Positions 53,118 to 63,626 of a DNA stretch of 64,000 nt are shown piece by piece; position 1 is the stretch's first letter, and every line of letters begins with the position of its first letter. The notes beneath the pieces are model-generated. The model was not told where the DNA came from and ran no database searches. It was given only the letters and a program-made list of their open reading frames with translations. Source of the stretch: a virus. The translations under genes and the position numbers were made by a program. The DNA is taken from positions 1 to 64,000 of IMG/VR virus record IMGVR_UViG_3300017917_003732, one strand, 5' to 3'.

Positions 53118-54953
53118 TTACATGGACAGAGACAGACCCTCTGCCACGACCATTGACTCACTGAGACGAATTCCAAGGGCTGTCACCACACTCTCCAAAT
53201 GGGTCACTGTCTCAGAAACGTTGACTTGAATCACTCTCTCTCCTGGTGCAAGATCAAAGTCCTCTTGACAAGTAAAGTTGTCTCCTACCCCTAGGAAAAG
53301 TGTCAGATTTGGCGAAAGTGATTCATGAAGCCCCAAAATCTCACGTGGATTAACAAAATGCTTAGTCGGCTGAGACGACGGTACTAAGGGGCTCAAGTTA
53401 TCCACAGTAATAAATGGGTAAGCCAGGTGCACAGAAGCTAGATAATCGTCCCAAATAGGGTCCCCAGGAGTGTAAGCCGGAACAAAATCCGTAACCGGCG
53501 GCATGGGATTTTTGAAAGTCACCCACCCTGGGCCATTTAGCTTGGAGATTCTAACTGGAGTGGCATCTTCACGAAGGTCTACCTCTGAACTAGAGTCCTC
53601 TGGTGACAATAGCACATCTTCTGGGCAGTCCCTTAAGTTGAGCTTAGCCTCTCCGAGGCGATAAAATTCAACGAATAAACTCGCCTGATTTAAAAATGTA
53701 ACGATGGGAGTAGGTGTCACTCCAGCCCCATGTGTATACAAGGGCTTAGGATCAATTGCCTGAGGGAACTTGTAGATGTCTTGAGCTTCAGTACACGTTC
53801 GAACCTGATCCACTTGGAGAATAGAATTCGCTGCACCCCCGGGAGTAAGCGAAGGGCTGAAAAAAACAAGGCCCTGAGGGTTTCCAAAAAGGTTTGCCAG
53901 CCCCGGATCAACTGTTTTTTCGACAGCTGGGAGAACTTGTAGTGACTCACGCAAGCAAACTCGGTCAGTCAAACTCAACTCAACTGTCGAGCGCGTATCA
54001 GGTCTCCTTGCAGTGTTACTAACTTCCTGAATAGAACCCGGTACACTAAGGGTTATGAGATGATAGCATTCCGGAAATCGACTACCAGATATGGTGAGGT
54101 TTTCGGAAAGACTCAAGATCTCCTTAAGTATCTCAGAAGAAGGTTCAACCCGGTAGGGCACCAGCTCTACCGCGAGAGTCTCCTCTAATCGTAGAACCTC
54201 AGATACACCTTGATTCGATTCAGGCCCAGGAGACCTTAACTCACCGCTGAACCTTGAGATTGGGATTCGAAGTGTCTTTTTTTCGCTGCAAGGATCTATT
54301 TTTGTGGTACTCGGAACAACCTTCAACCCTAACGTAGTGCTAATAGTACTTGAGATCTCGATCGAATAGAATCGACCAGAAGTCAAGTCAGCACCAAGTT
54401 GAAGCGTAACCCGGGTAGGATTGACTAAGAGGTTTGGGGTAACACCCGCAACCGAAACCAAAACCCCATCGGAGTCAAAAACCCTGTAACTACCTGAAGC
54501 TAAAAGAGCCGAATCCAGCCGCATCTCTTGATTAAAAAGAACCAAAACCCGATCAGCTCGAATTGCTCGGGCTCGTAGTCTCCCCACCGATGGAAAACCA
54601 GTAAAATCCGCCGAGTTCACACTAGGATCAAGACTAGACCCGAAAACACTCTCAAGTACCTCGTTTACCCTAACGTGATATAGGGTATACTTCTGTGTAT
54701 CAGTAATTAAACGTAACTCATTGAGTTCGGACCCAGCAATGATCTTCCTAACAGGCAGAACTTCATAGTTCCCCAGTATTCGCTCAATGAAAAAGTTAGC
54801 AGGGTCTGTAGTACTGGATGATTCTAGGTTAGGAGCTTCAGAAAAAGTAAGAGCTAGCGTGCAAGGGCTGATAGCGGTAGCATCGACCAATTGGAATAGA
54901 GCAGCTCCTCCGCCAAATGGCGTCATACCGTAAGGCTGATTACCGTAGGACAT
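53118..54953 (-). CDS. virion protein with Ig-like domains and E-x-L-x-L-x-E repeats
   Basis: LTFSEAP and VLFNQEM Ig-like strands; N-terminal YGNQPYGMTPFGG. Confidence 0.7.
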   Translation of the reverse strand: MSYGNQPYGMTPFGGGAALFQLVDATAISPCTLALTFSEAPNLESSSTTDPANFFIERILGNYEVLPVRKIIAGSELNELRLITDTQKYTLYHVRVNEVLESVFGSSLDPSVNSADFTGFPSVGRLRARAIRADRVLVLFNQEMRLDSALLASGSYRVFDSDGVLVSVAGVTPNLLVNPTRVTLQLGADLTSGRFYSIEISSTISTTLGLKVVPSTTKIDPCSEKKTLRIPISRFSGELRSPGPESNQGVSEVLRLEETLAVELVPYRVEPSSEILKEILSLSENLTISGSRFPECYHLITLSVPGSIQEVSNTARRPDTRSTVELSLTDRVCLRESLQVLPAVEKTVDPGLANLFGNPQGLVFFSPSLTPGGAANSILQVDQVRTCTEAQDIYKFPQAIDPKPLYTHGAGVTPTPIVTFLNQASLFVEFYRLGEAKLNLRDCPEDVLLSPEDSSSEVDLREDATPVRISKLNGPGWVTFKNPMPPVTDFVPAYTPGDPIWDDYLASVHLAYPFITVDNLSPLVPSSQPTKHFVNPREILGLHESLSPNLTLFLGVGDNFTCQEDFDLAPGERVIQVNVSETVTHLESVVTALGIRLSESMVVAEGLSLSM

Positions 54954-54964
54954 GCTCTCCTCCG

Positions 54965-57900
54965 TCAGGGATCGACAAGGAAGTCTATGGCTCCCTCGCT
55001 CACATTCTTGACAAGACGATACGTATGGTAGTCCCCGTCAAGATAATCGAACGAGATTGACCCTAATACTTCGTTACTGTTGAGATCGATCAACTGCACC
55101 TCCCTATCTCCGAGAGGCGTAGCGACAAATGCCAGGGCCGCAGTTAGGCCAAGTGCAGAGAATCCAAACCGAACCCCAGAGTCACCCATCCCAAGGGTTG
55201 AATCACTTAGGAGCCGAAGTCGAAAGTCCACCCTTGTTGTGAGTCCAATTGGATCAGTAAGTGGTGTGGCGTTCCGATAAATCGTTCTAGTCGGATTAGA
55301 ACCTACCGCATAAGTGAGGATTCCTCCAAAAACGGTCGTACTAACCTGGGCTGGATCCTCAGACTGAATCACCCAGGGTGTCCCATAACTAAGATCCTGT
55401 TCCGGAAGTACATCACCCTGGTAACCGACACAAATCGTATTTTGCCAGGAAAGCTTTCCTAGTTTGACAAGCCCAACCTCATCTGAGATAGGAGAGATTA
55501 GGTCTCGATCCCCAGAAGACTTTTCCAAAACTTGTAGGGAGTTATAGAGTACATCATCTGGCACAACAATAGTCACCTCGTACGTTGCGTCATTCAACCT
55601 GAAGCTTTTCGAGTTAAGTTGATTCGTCGGCTGGTTAAGAATCGACAAGTAACTTACTTCTGGCAAAGGTCTCCTGATCTCGTAAGTTTGAGTTTGCGGA
55701 ACCAATGGCGTGCCTTCATTTAGCCTAGTAAAGGCAACAAGTTCCGGGGTCAGGGAGTACTCTTCCCAAGGATACGGAATACCCGTAGACGAACATGCAA
55801 AATTCGTATGATTGTGCCTAATCGTTCCAAACAAGTGTTCGGGAGACGACATAATGTTGCGTTGATTGAGGACTTGATGCGCTGGAACAATTCTCACTTC
55901 ACTTGGAGGCCTAGTTACTCCGTATCGAACAAAGTCCCAGGCTGTCTGGGAAATATTTTCCGAATCAAAGGCACCCCACGAGACTGACGGAAGACCTCGA
56001 TTGATCAAGTATGGGATACCCACAGAACTAGGAGGGAGGTTCACCTCGCTATAGTCAATAGAAATCAAAGGCTCAGGATTCAAGTCCTGAAAAAGAGACA
56101 CGAATCCAGAAGGACTTCGAATCAACTTGTAATGGTGGGAATTCCAGATCTCGTGCAAGACAACCAAGTACGAAACTTCCAGGGGAGCAGTAAAGCTACC
56201 GAGGATTGTCAGGTCGGTCGAAGTCACGGAGGAGATTGGAAAGGTCCCAGCATTGGGCCCGCTCTCGATGACAAGATCATCTCCAGTGCGGACCCCTAGA
56301 GAAACGAAATCCTTACTGGAGTCACTCAATACTGTCAAAGAAGTCGTCCCTATGCCCGTCGTTCTAATCGGAACCTGACTCGTAGCCCTCCAATCAGTCT
56401 GCGCGGGAATCCTATAGCTCACGCTGGTTAATCCCGTTTGGGGAAAGCTATCAGAAAAAGTCAATACCGTTGGGTCAACCGAAAGAATCGAATAAACCCC
56501 TCGATTCACACCGTGATCGATCACCAAGTCATCGCCCACTTGAACGCCAAGCGCGACAAAATCCGTTAAGGAGTTTGTTAGGGTGTTACCAGCCGTCATA
56601 GCCTGACCACTAGTCCGAAGGGGCAAATGATACCCAATCAAAGAGTTAGGGTCAGACCCTTTCCAAATACCTACATAGTGCCGAACTCCAGATAACGATT
56701 GCGCTCTCCAAACGTTAGCATAGTGCCACTCGACCACCGAACATGCCGCCATGCTCGAGAGAGTAGATGACCCAAATGAATAAGTGGGATTCCCATGAGT
56801 CGAGTCAAATAAGTCATATGACAGGGAGCCCTTGTATTGGTTGTCGATGAATAGGCTTACAAGATTACCAGAAGTGCTCTTTACAACACGATAAATATGA
56901 ACCTTACCGTCAAACCAATCGAATGGGATGATCGCAGAAGCGGAGGACCTCACCTGACCATCTGAATGCCAAGCGATTTGACGCTCCCCGGTATCGGGAT
57001 CCACTCTAGTCAGAATACCGACTGTATGAGTCCCGTCAAAAATATCTATGGTGGCCCCGGCAAAGTTTTCTGAGGACCCATCCGGAGTGTACGAGAAAAC
57101 TTGAAACTTGGCCTCAGCAAACCAATCAAGGGAAGTTTCAATGATTCGAGTATCCGAACCTATTGGCTCTAGGTCATTGATAGCAAATACACGCCCATCC
57201 AGCACTGAGGTATCTTCGATCCGCAAGATACGCCCAACCATATACGCAGTCGCCGTTCCCAGAGAAGTCCAAGGCTTGGGGGAAGCCTCCTGAGGCAAAG
57301 AACGCCCAGGGTAGCTCAGCTTCGGTTGCGGTTTCGAGGGGAAAAAACAAACCTGAACTAATCTCGCTCCATCATCTATCGCCGCCATAACAGCGTTAGG
57401 AGCCACCCCATGTGTATAGGTCCTGAGACAAACCCCTAAGTCAAGAGTCACATCAGAAGACATACCCAATAGTGGCTCGATTCTAGTGAACCCCTTGAAG
57501 TCACCCCCTACAAGCCCTATTTCACTTGCATTTGTGGAAGAAGTGGAATCTAGGTAAAGCTCTCCATCGACCAAAGACTCGTTCCCATGGTAGCCGACAG
57601 GCGTCCACGGAACCATCGCATTTTCGGGATAGGTATCCCCCTCATAAGAAACAAAAACTGATGGAGCACTCTGCTCAGGATTTATCGGTACAGTCACATA
57701 ACGTACAAAATCCCAGGTACTTAGGTTCGTAGCCTGGCGACCAAGAGATCCGAAGTAAACATTCTGGACTTCATTAAAGGGAGCATCCAGCTCATCGAGG
57801 TAAGGGAGCTCATTTTCGGTAATACGAAGATTTTCGACTATCTCCCCGTCCACATAAAACCGGACAACACCATCACGGTCCCTAAAAAATCGGTACGAGT

Positions 57901-60640
57901 GAAGGATAGACCAATCAAGTTCAAATGGAAGTCCAGTAGGATTTCCCTCAAAACTTACCCCTCCAGTCCATGCGTCAGGATTTGCCTGGCGATTGCCATA
58001 CCCCTGCTTCAAAAAACCAACTTTCCTAACTCCATTGTCCAAAAGGTACCCGAGAACCACCACACGGTTCTCGTCCGAAAATCCCACTGCCACCCCGGTA
58101 TTGACCCCATCCGGAGAAGTGGAGTTGATCCTCATGCGCCACGTAGCCGCGTAGACACTCGGAAAAGTTAAGTCCACCGTCCGGGTCCAGAAGATACCTT
58201 GCCCCTCTGGGTACGGACCAGACTTGTTATCTTCTACCACCAAGCTCCCAAGTACCACTGAGGCCAGTCCTGCGCCTCGGCGGGACCAAGGTGCCGTCGG
58301 GTCAACCTCAGGTAATACATCCGCAGGGTACGAAACTGTGACTTCCTGCACCTGCCTGGAGAGCGGTGGATAGGCAATTCGGTGAAATGGGGTATTAAGG
58401 ACAAAAAGAGCCGGGTCATTCAGGGCAACAGAGTAAGCCCTTTCGTATGCCCGATAGTGCATGTCACGAAGCAACGGCTGGGCCTGCTCAGCCAGTACAT
58501 CATCAGTTCTGTACAACGCTGGAGACACCAAAACACTGCGATATCTATAGATATGCTGGGTAGTCGTATTCACCCCTGCATCATGTAACCACGAATTAAG
58601 CCTAAACTCTTTTGAGTTCAACCTTCGAAGTTCAACTGTTGGGTCAGGGATCCAGTCATAGTCCACCACCACATCATCTTCAGGAGCGGGCACAGTATCA
58701 ACAATAACCTGCCCTAAAAGTCCGGAAACCGCTAATACAGCCACACGATGCCCGTTAATCCTAACTGTGACATCTTCCGGACTATCCGCAATCTCTCCTG
58801 TCCTAGGGTCAAATAGCCTCCAAGGTAAAGTCCCGTTCTCAGGGTCAGGAAGATGAAAACTCGCCTGTACTTTCAAACGATCAGGACCCACCACACCCCT
58901 AACCAAAAAACTCCCCCCATTTAGCGAACCACTCAACTCAAGAAAAAGTCCAACATAATCTGTGGTAAAATTACCGCCAGAAAGAACCACTTCATCCGAA
59001 GTCAAAGTCCCAAAGTAAGTTGACGCAGAAACCTGGATTGTAGCCCCCGTACCACTTTGGACAGTCAGGGCCGGTTTTGCAATTGGCCCATGATCCGTAA
59101 AGATGGACCTAGTACCGATCGGAACAGAACCTACAAAAGAGACCTCACAGTGCAGAGGATCAATGGTATTCCCAACCTCATCCAAAGGTCCAACGGTGCT
59201 AACCCGAACCGAGCACAACCCATCGAGCATTCCGGCCGTGAGGAGGAAAACAGTCCTTACATCAATAGCGCGAACCTCTCTAACTCTTATGACTTCCGAG
59301 TGTGGTCCGGTAATAGCGTAGTTAGCGGAGTCAATAAGATCAGAGTCAATCCTCATGTCCTTGTCAAACGACACAATGAGGGACCCGTCATCTGCTACAC
59401 AGTTTGCTGCTAAAACTCGCGGGGCTACCCCGAAAGCGATGAACTCAACAGAACCTGAATAAGGTGTCTGGGATGCCTGCTTGATGAGCCCCTCAACAGA
59501 GCCCATATAAGACTTCCCAAGAGTCGTCTCAGAAACCTTGAGGATAGCTTCTTTTGCTCCCGCCTTCTGTGTCCAATGAAGTGAGCCAGTTCCAGGGACA
59601 AATGACCCAGGGTCCCAAGGAGACAAGGGCGGAACATAGACCCCATTCGCCGGATCTGTATAGGAAACCTCACGGTCTAACGTGACTACAGATCCTAAGT
59701 AAGAACGAATGCGATAGGGTATAGTAGTAGTTAGGTGAGTACCTTGAATGAACAGGTAATGTCCTACGTGTTCTGGAAGAAAGCTACCAGTTACTGTATC
59801 AAAAGTAAAAGAGGTGAAGTTGACTGGTCTCCCGGACAAAGGAGGAATAACCTGCCCACCAGTGCCTTCTTGCACAACCTCTTGCACAGGCGTTGCGCTG
59901 AAAATGAGAACGGGATATGCCCCTGATTGTTTGGGGGTCACATCAAAATGTTCAGGGTCAGAAACCTGCTCGGCTTCCATTACCTCGGGAAACTCGACCC
60001 CAATAGTCGTTTCATCAATGCTGTAAAACCGAAGTGACCCGATCTGAACGCTCTCGAATAAGGAAACATTCTCGTTCGCTTCGAGCGAGATATTGAAGTC
60101 TGTGCTAACTCCTACCGTTTGAGTAAGGGCTTCGGTAGCATTTGCAATAAAAGGGGAAATTCCCTCCTCAAGCACGAACTCTTCTTCTGGTCTTACATGG
60201 AACCCGAACTGAAGCTCCTCTACAAGAGTGACGGTTTCGACGCCATCGAGGTGAGCCCCGGCAACATTGAATACATAGCTAAAAGTGGCAGTGGACCCGG
60301 CTAAGGTAACGACCGAGATGTCCACCTGAATCGGATTTCCATCCGGAAAATCAGGGTGTGAAGAAACATCAACCGTTAGGTTAGGACCATCAAAAACTAC
60401 AGTCCCACCAAAAGGAGTGACAAACTCTGAGTCCAAAAGGACACGAGCGCCATTTAGGAAAAGCTGGAGTGTGTAGGACTCAAACTCAGATAAGCAGTAT
60501 AAGGTGAATTGGACAGGGGTGTCTACCGGAGAGCCAGAGCTATCAATCGCTGGGTTCGCAGACTCAAGCGATACACCCCCGGACTCGAGAGACAACCCTC
60601 CATATGGGGTTGTCCCGAATGGGTTAATGCCGTAAGTCAC
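54965..60640 (-). CDS. large virion structural protein (Ig-like and lectin/LamG-like domains)
   Basis: 1891 aa; YGINPFGTTPYGG N-terminus; repeated H.YR...FYVDG-type beta-sandwich segments. Confidence 0.75.
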   Translation of the reverse strand: MTYGINPFGTTPYGGLSLESGGVSLESANPAIDSSGSPVDTPVQFTLYCLSEFESYTLQLFLNGARVLLDSEFVTPFGGTVVFDGPNLTVDVSSHPDFPDGNPIQVDISVVTLAGSTATFSYVFNVAGAHLDGVETVTLVEELQFGFHVRPEEEFVLEEGISPFIANATEALTQTVGVSTDFNISLEANENVSLFESVQIGSLRFYSIDETTIGVEFPEVMEAEQVSDPEHFDVTPKQSGAYPVLIFSATPVQEVVQEGTGGQVIPPLSGRPVNFTSFTFDTVTGSFLPEHVGHYLFIQGTHLTTTIPYRIRSYLGSVVTLDREVSYTDPANGVYVPPLSPWDPGSFVPGTGSLHWTQKAGAKEAILKVSETTLGKSYMGSVEGLIKQASQTPYSGSVEFIAFGVAPRVLAANCVADDGSLIVSFDKDMRIDSDLIDSANYAITGPHSEVIRVREVRAIDVRTVFLLTAGMLDGLCSVRVSTVGPLDEVGNTIDPLHCEVSFVGSVPIGTRSIFTDHGPIAKPALTVQSGTGATIQVSASTYFGTLTSDEVVLSGGNFTTDYVGLFLELSGSLNGGSFLVRGVVGPDRLKVQASFHLPDPENGTLPWRLFDPRTGEIADSPEDVTVRINGHRVAVLAVSGLLGQVIVDTVPAPEDDVVVDYDWIPDPTVELRRLNSKEFRLNSWLHDAGVNTTTQHIYRYRSVLVSPALYRTDDVLAEQAQPLLRDMHYRAYERAYSVALNDPALFVLNTPFHRIAYPPLSRQVQEVTVSYPADVLPEVDPTAPWSRRGAGLASVVLGSLVVEDNKSGPYPEGQGIFWTRTVDLTFPSVYAATWRMRINSTSPDGVNTGVAVGFSDENRVVVLGYLLDNGVRKVGFLKQGYGNRQANPDAWTGGVSFEGNPTGLPFELDWSILHSYRFFRDRDGVVRFYVDGEIVENLRITENELPYLDELDAPFNEVQNVYFGSLGRQATNLSTWDFVRYVTVPINPEQSAPSVFVSYEGDTYPENAMVPWTPVGYHGNESLVDGELYLDSTSSTNASEIGLVGGDFKGFTRIEPLLGMSSDVTLDLGVCLRTYTHGVAPNAVMAAIDDGARLVQVCFFPSKPQPKLSYPGRSLPQEASPKPWTSLGTATAYMVGRILRIEDTSVLDGRVFAINDLEPIGSDTRIIETSLDWFAEAKFQVFSYTPDGSSENFAGATIDIFDGTHTVGILTRVDPDTGERQIAWHSDGQVRSSASAIIPFDWFDGKVHIYRVVKSTSGNLVSLFIDNQYKGSLSYDLFDSTHGNPTYSFGSSTLSSMAACSVVEWHYANVWRAQSLSGVRHYVGIWKGSDPNSLIGYHLPLRTSGQAMTAGNTLTNSLTDFVALGVQVGDDLVIDHGVNRGVYSILSVDPTVLTFSDSFPQTGLTSVSYRIPAQTDWRATSQVPIRTTGIGTTSLTVLSDSSKDFVSLGVRTGDDLVIESGPNAGTFPISSVTSTDLTILGSFTAPLEVSYLVVLHEIWNSHHYKLIRSPSGFVSLFQDLNPEPLISIDYSEVNLPPSSVGIPYLINRGLPSVSWGAFDSENISQTAWDFVRYGVTRPPSEVRIVPAHQVLNQRNIMSSPEHLFGTIRHNHTNFACSSTGIPYPWEEYSLTPELVAFTRLNEGTPLVPQTQTYEIRRPLPEVSYLSILNQPTNQLNSKSFRLNDATYEVTIVVPDDVLYNSLQVLEKSSGDRDLISPISDEVGLVKLGKLSWQNTICVGYQGDVLPEQDLSYGTPWVIQSEDPAQVSTTVFGGILTYAVGSNPTRTIYRNATPLTDPIGLTTRVDFRLRLLSDSTLGMGDSGVRFGFSALGLTAALAFVATPLGDREVQLIDLNSNEVLGSISFDYLDGDYHTYRLVKNVSEGAIDFLVDP

Positions 60641-60648
60641 GTGTCACC

Positions 60649-61125
60649 TCACACTTGCCAAAGCTCTGCAATTATGATATCCACAAGAGGGCCACCGTAA
60701 GGGGGAGGATAGGGGTAGGGCTGACTTACGACATTCGTGACCCAAGTGACATAAATAGGACCAGGAGCCCCGGAGTCCCTAGCTCTCTTTTTGACATAGG
60801 TGATCATCCCCCCACCAGTGGCATATGCCGTGCCAGCCGTATAGATTGGATGTTGAATACCGATCCTGTTGATTGTTCGATCAACAGCTTCTTCTTTGGT
60901 AATCTGAACATCGGTAGGGTAATTCGATACCATCCGAGGAAGCATCAAGCTTTCAGTATGTGCCGAGGCAAGTATATCATCGAATGGATATTCGGATACC
61001 TCACGAACTATGTTGACATACCAAGTGGAAGAAGAGATGGAACTCAAAGCTCTGATAGCAACTTGACGGAGAATATCTGTGTACCACCTGGAAGCGGCCA
61101 ATTGACTATCGATGACAATTGTCAT
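60649..61125 (-). CDS. hypothetical protein (structural operon)
   Basis: 158-aa ORF, GAGG SD. Confidence 0.65.
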   Translation of the reverse strand: MTIVIDSQLAASRWYTDILRQVAIRALSSISSSTWYVNIVREVSEYPFDDILASAHTESLMLPRMVSNYPTDVQITKEEAVDRTINRIGIQHPIYTAGTAYATGGGMITYVKKRARDSGAPGPIYVTWVTNVVSQPYPYPPPYGGPLVDIIIAELWQV

Positions 61126-61133
61126 GTCTCACC

Positions 61134-62366
61134 TCACCCGCATAGTCCGGTCACCCCAAGCCTATTTGGGAAAGAAAGAGGATTAAGGCCTACTATCCAA
61201 GGGATAAGCATCTTGTAGTTGGTGACAGTCGGAGTACCAATCACCAATTTAGTGCCATCAGAGTTGAAACTCAGGTTAGATATGTTTTGCACTACCTGGA
61301 AAAACTCAATACTCCCAGCATAACCATCATAGTACTCAGATGCGCAGACCAAACAAGGTAGAGCATCATAGGTAGACGGGTAGAAGCTAAATAACCTGTT
61401 AGGTGAGCACTGATTCCCACTGAGACCTAGTACTTCAGACAGCATTGAAATCTTGACATTTCTAACCTCATACTGCCCATAGGTATTGAAAGCGATCCCA
61501 CCACTATCTGTAGAAGTACCGGTGATTCCCCCAAAAACTGTACCCGCAGCTGGAAAAGAGACAGTTAGACCACCAATCATGATATAAGGGTCAGTCAAAA
61601 CAGGAAGATTCTCTCGCCGAACATAGACACCGGTATAAGTAAAGTGATAGTTCACATCAAATGAGTTATCATGCAGAATAAGCAACCCATCATGATCTGC
61701 CAAAAAACTATAACGAGTAAGGCTAGCTGTAGGCCCCGTATTGAAAACAAGATTCAAGCTCTGCTTCGATGTTAAATGAGCCCCTCCAGGCTCCGAGTTG
61801 CTCCTAGGGAATACATAGAGACCCAGACCACCTGTTGGCACCTTCCAAACCGGATTTCCCTTTGCTTGGTTACCAAAAGAATTAGGGTCCCCGTAGGTCC
61901 CTAGAGTCCCATTCCACGGGTTTTTATCACCACCGATACCGACCCCCATCTGAATGGCAACCCAATGATCATTTGACCCGTTATTGGCCGACCCATTCGC
62001 CAACGCCGGACCAGACCCAGGAGCAGCACCCCAAGTATCATTGTACTTCACATACTGAGCCAAAATGTAAAAAGGCTCGTTGCGAATCCCAGCATAGCTT
62101 GAATTTGCCGGAGTCGTGGTTCCAGTTCTCCACTCGAACAAGTACCAAGCATTAGAGGTAAAAGGGTTCGTTTCATCCCAATAACCTATTGAATCGGCAG
62201 AAGCCGATAGTCCTGCAAACCTAGCCCGAAGAGTCACGACCCCCTGGCTTTCCAAGTACATAAGGAAGTCATAGAGTCCCTTAAAAAACTCCTGTGCATT
62301 CTGGTAAACATTAGTGCCAGTGTACCAAGAGTAACAATCCAACTTCCCAAAGACTTGACCAGCCAT
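61134..62366 (-). CDS. putative virion protein, tandem paralog 1
   Basis: 410 aa; strongly similar to 62386..63618. Confidence 0.75.
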   Translation of the reverse strand: MAGQVFGKLDCYSWYTGTNVYQNAQEFFKGLYDFLMYLESQGVVTLRARFAGLSASADSIGYWDETNPFTSNAWYLFEWRTGTTTPANSSYAGIRNEPFYILAQYVKYNDTWGAAPGSGPALANGSANNGSNDHWVAIQMGVGIGGDKNPWNGTLGTYGDPNSFGNQAKGNPVWKVPTGGLGLYVFPRSNSEPGGAHLTSKQSLNLVFNTGPTASLTRYSFLADHDGLLILHDNSFDVNYHFTYTGVYVRRENLPVLTDPYIMIGGLTVSFPAAGTVFGGITGTSTDSGGIAFNTYGQYEVRNVKISMLSEVLGLSGNQCSPNRLFSFYPSTYDALPCLVCASEYYDGYAGSIEFFQVVQNISNLSFNSDGTKLVIGTPTVTNYKMLIPWIVGLNPLSFPNRLGVTGLCG

Positions 62367-62385
62367 GATTAGACCCTCAAGATGA

Positions 62386-63618
62386 TCAGAGAAGCGCTCC
62401 AGTCGTACCCAAACGATTCACACCAGAAAGTGGAGCAACAGAAGAGTTCCAAGGTATGACTGCCTTGTAAGCTGATACGGTCGGGGAGCCGATAACAAGC
62501 TTTGTACCAGCTGCATTTCGTTCCAAGTTGGCCGAGTTTTGAATTACCTTGAAAAACTCTATACTCCCGGCAAACCCAGCCACTGTTTCATAAGGCTGAA
62601 CAAGATATGGCATCTCATCATAGGTTGGAGTTGCAAATAAACGATTAGGCTGTGTTAGATTCGTGCTCCAACCAAGAGCCTCGTTAAGATTTGAAACTTG
62701 AATGTTGCGAACATCATAGAAATCGGTGCCAAGAGATGTCCTATTAGCGATCCCTCCTTGATCACCACTAGCACCCGTGAGATCCCCCCAAGTGGCAGGT
62801 GAAGTCGGAAGAGATACTGTCCTGCCTCCGATCATGAGATAAGGGTCCTGAATACCAGCAAGACCACTCCTCAAGGAATGAACCCCGGTATACAAAAAAT
62901 GGTAGTTTGCGTCATTCGAATCATCGAACAACAACATTAGCCCATCATGATCAGCAAGAAAATGATATCGTGCTTGCACTCCGCTACTGGGCCCGATGAA
63001 TGTTGCAGCTAAGTTCTGTTTGTTTGTAACGAATGATCCCCCACTATTGTTGCAACGAGGGAAAACGTAGAGCCCTTGCCCACCACTCGGAACTTTCCAA
63101 ACAGGTGCTCCCTTAGCTTGGCTACCAAACGAACCCGAATCACCATATGTCCCAAGGGTTCCATTCCAAGGATTATTATCCCCTCCGATGCCTACTCCCA
63201 TTTGTATACTTACCCAAGCTTCAGAATTGGTAATAGTAAGTTGCCCAAAGCTCGCAGAGGGACTCGCCGGTCCAGTTTGTGCCCAATCACTCGCATCTGT
63301 AGCCCATTGCACAAGAATGTAAAATGGCTCACTCCTACTTCCGGCATAACTTGGATTCGACGGGCTCGTGCTACCTGTACGCCACTCAAACAGGTACCAA
63401 GCATTGGCTGTAAATGGGGCCGCCTGATTCCAATAATCAATTGCCGCAGCAGATGAAGCACCCGTACCTGCATATCTTGCTCGAAGAGTCACGATCCCAA
63501 GTGTCTCAAGGTACACAAGGAAGTCGTATAAACCCTTGAAGAACTCCTGGGCATTGACAAATGCAGTACCAGGGTTAGCTGAGACACACTCGATTTTCCC
63601 ATAAGCCTGACCTGCCAT
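62386..63618 (-). CDS. putative virion protein, tandem paralog 2
   Basis: Start reset to ATG 63618 (MAGQAYGK, GGAGG SD), giving 410 aa like paralog 1. Confidence 0.75.
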   Translation of the reverse strand: MAGQAYGKIECVSANPGTAFVNAQEFFKGLYDFLVYLETLGIVTLRARYAGTGASSAAAIDYWNQAAPFTANAWYLFEWRTGSTSPSNPSYAGSRSEPFYILVQWATDASDWAQTGPASPSASFGQLTITNSEAWVSIQMGVGIGGDNNPWNGTLGTYGDSGSFGSQAKGAPVWKVPSGGQGLYVFPRCNNSGGSFVTNKQNLAATFIGPSSGVQARYHFLADHDGLMLLFDDSNDANYHFLYTGVHSLRSGLAGIQDPYLMIGGRTVSLPTSPATWGDLTGASGDQGGIANRTSLGTDFYDVRNIQVSNLNEALGWSTNLTQPNRLFATPTYDEMPYLVQPYETVAGFAGSIEFFKVIQNSANLERNAAGTKLVIGSPTVSAYKAVIPWNSSVAPLSGVNRLGTTGALL

Positions 63619-63626
63619 ACTGCCTC

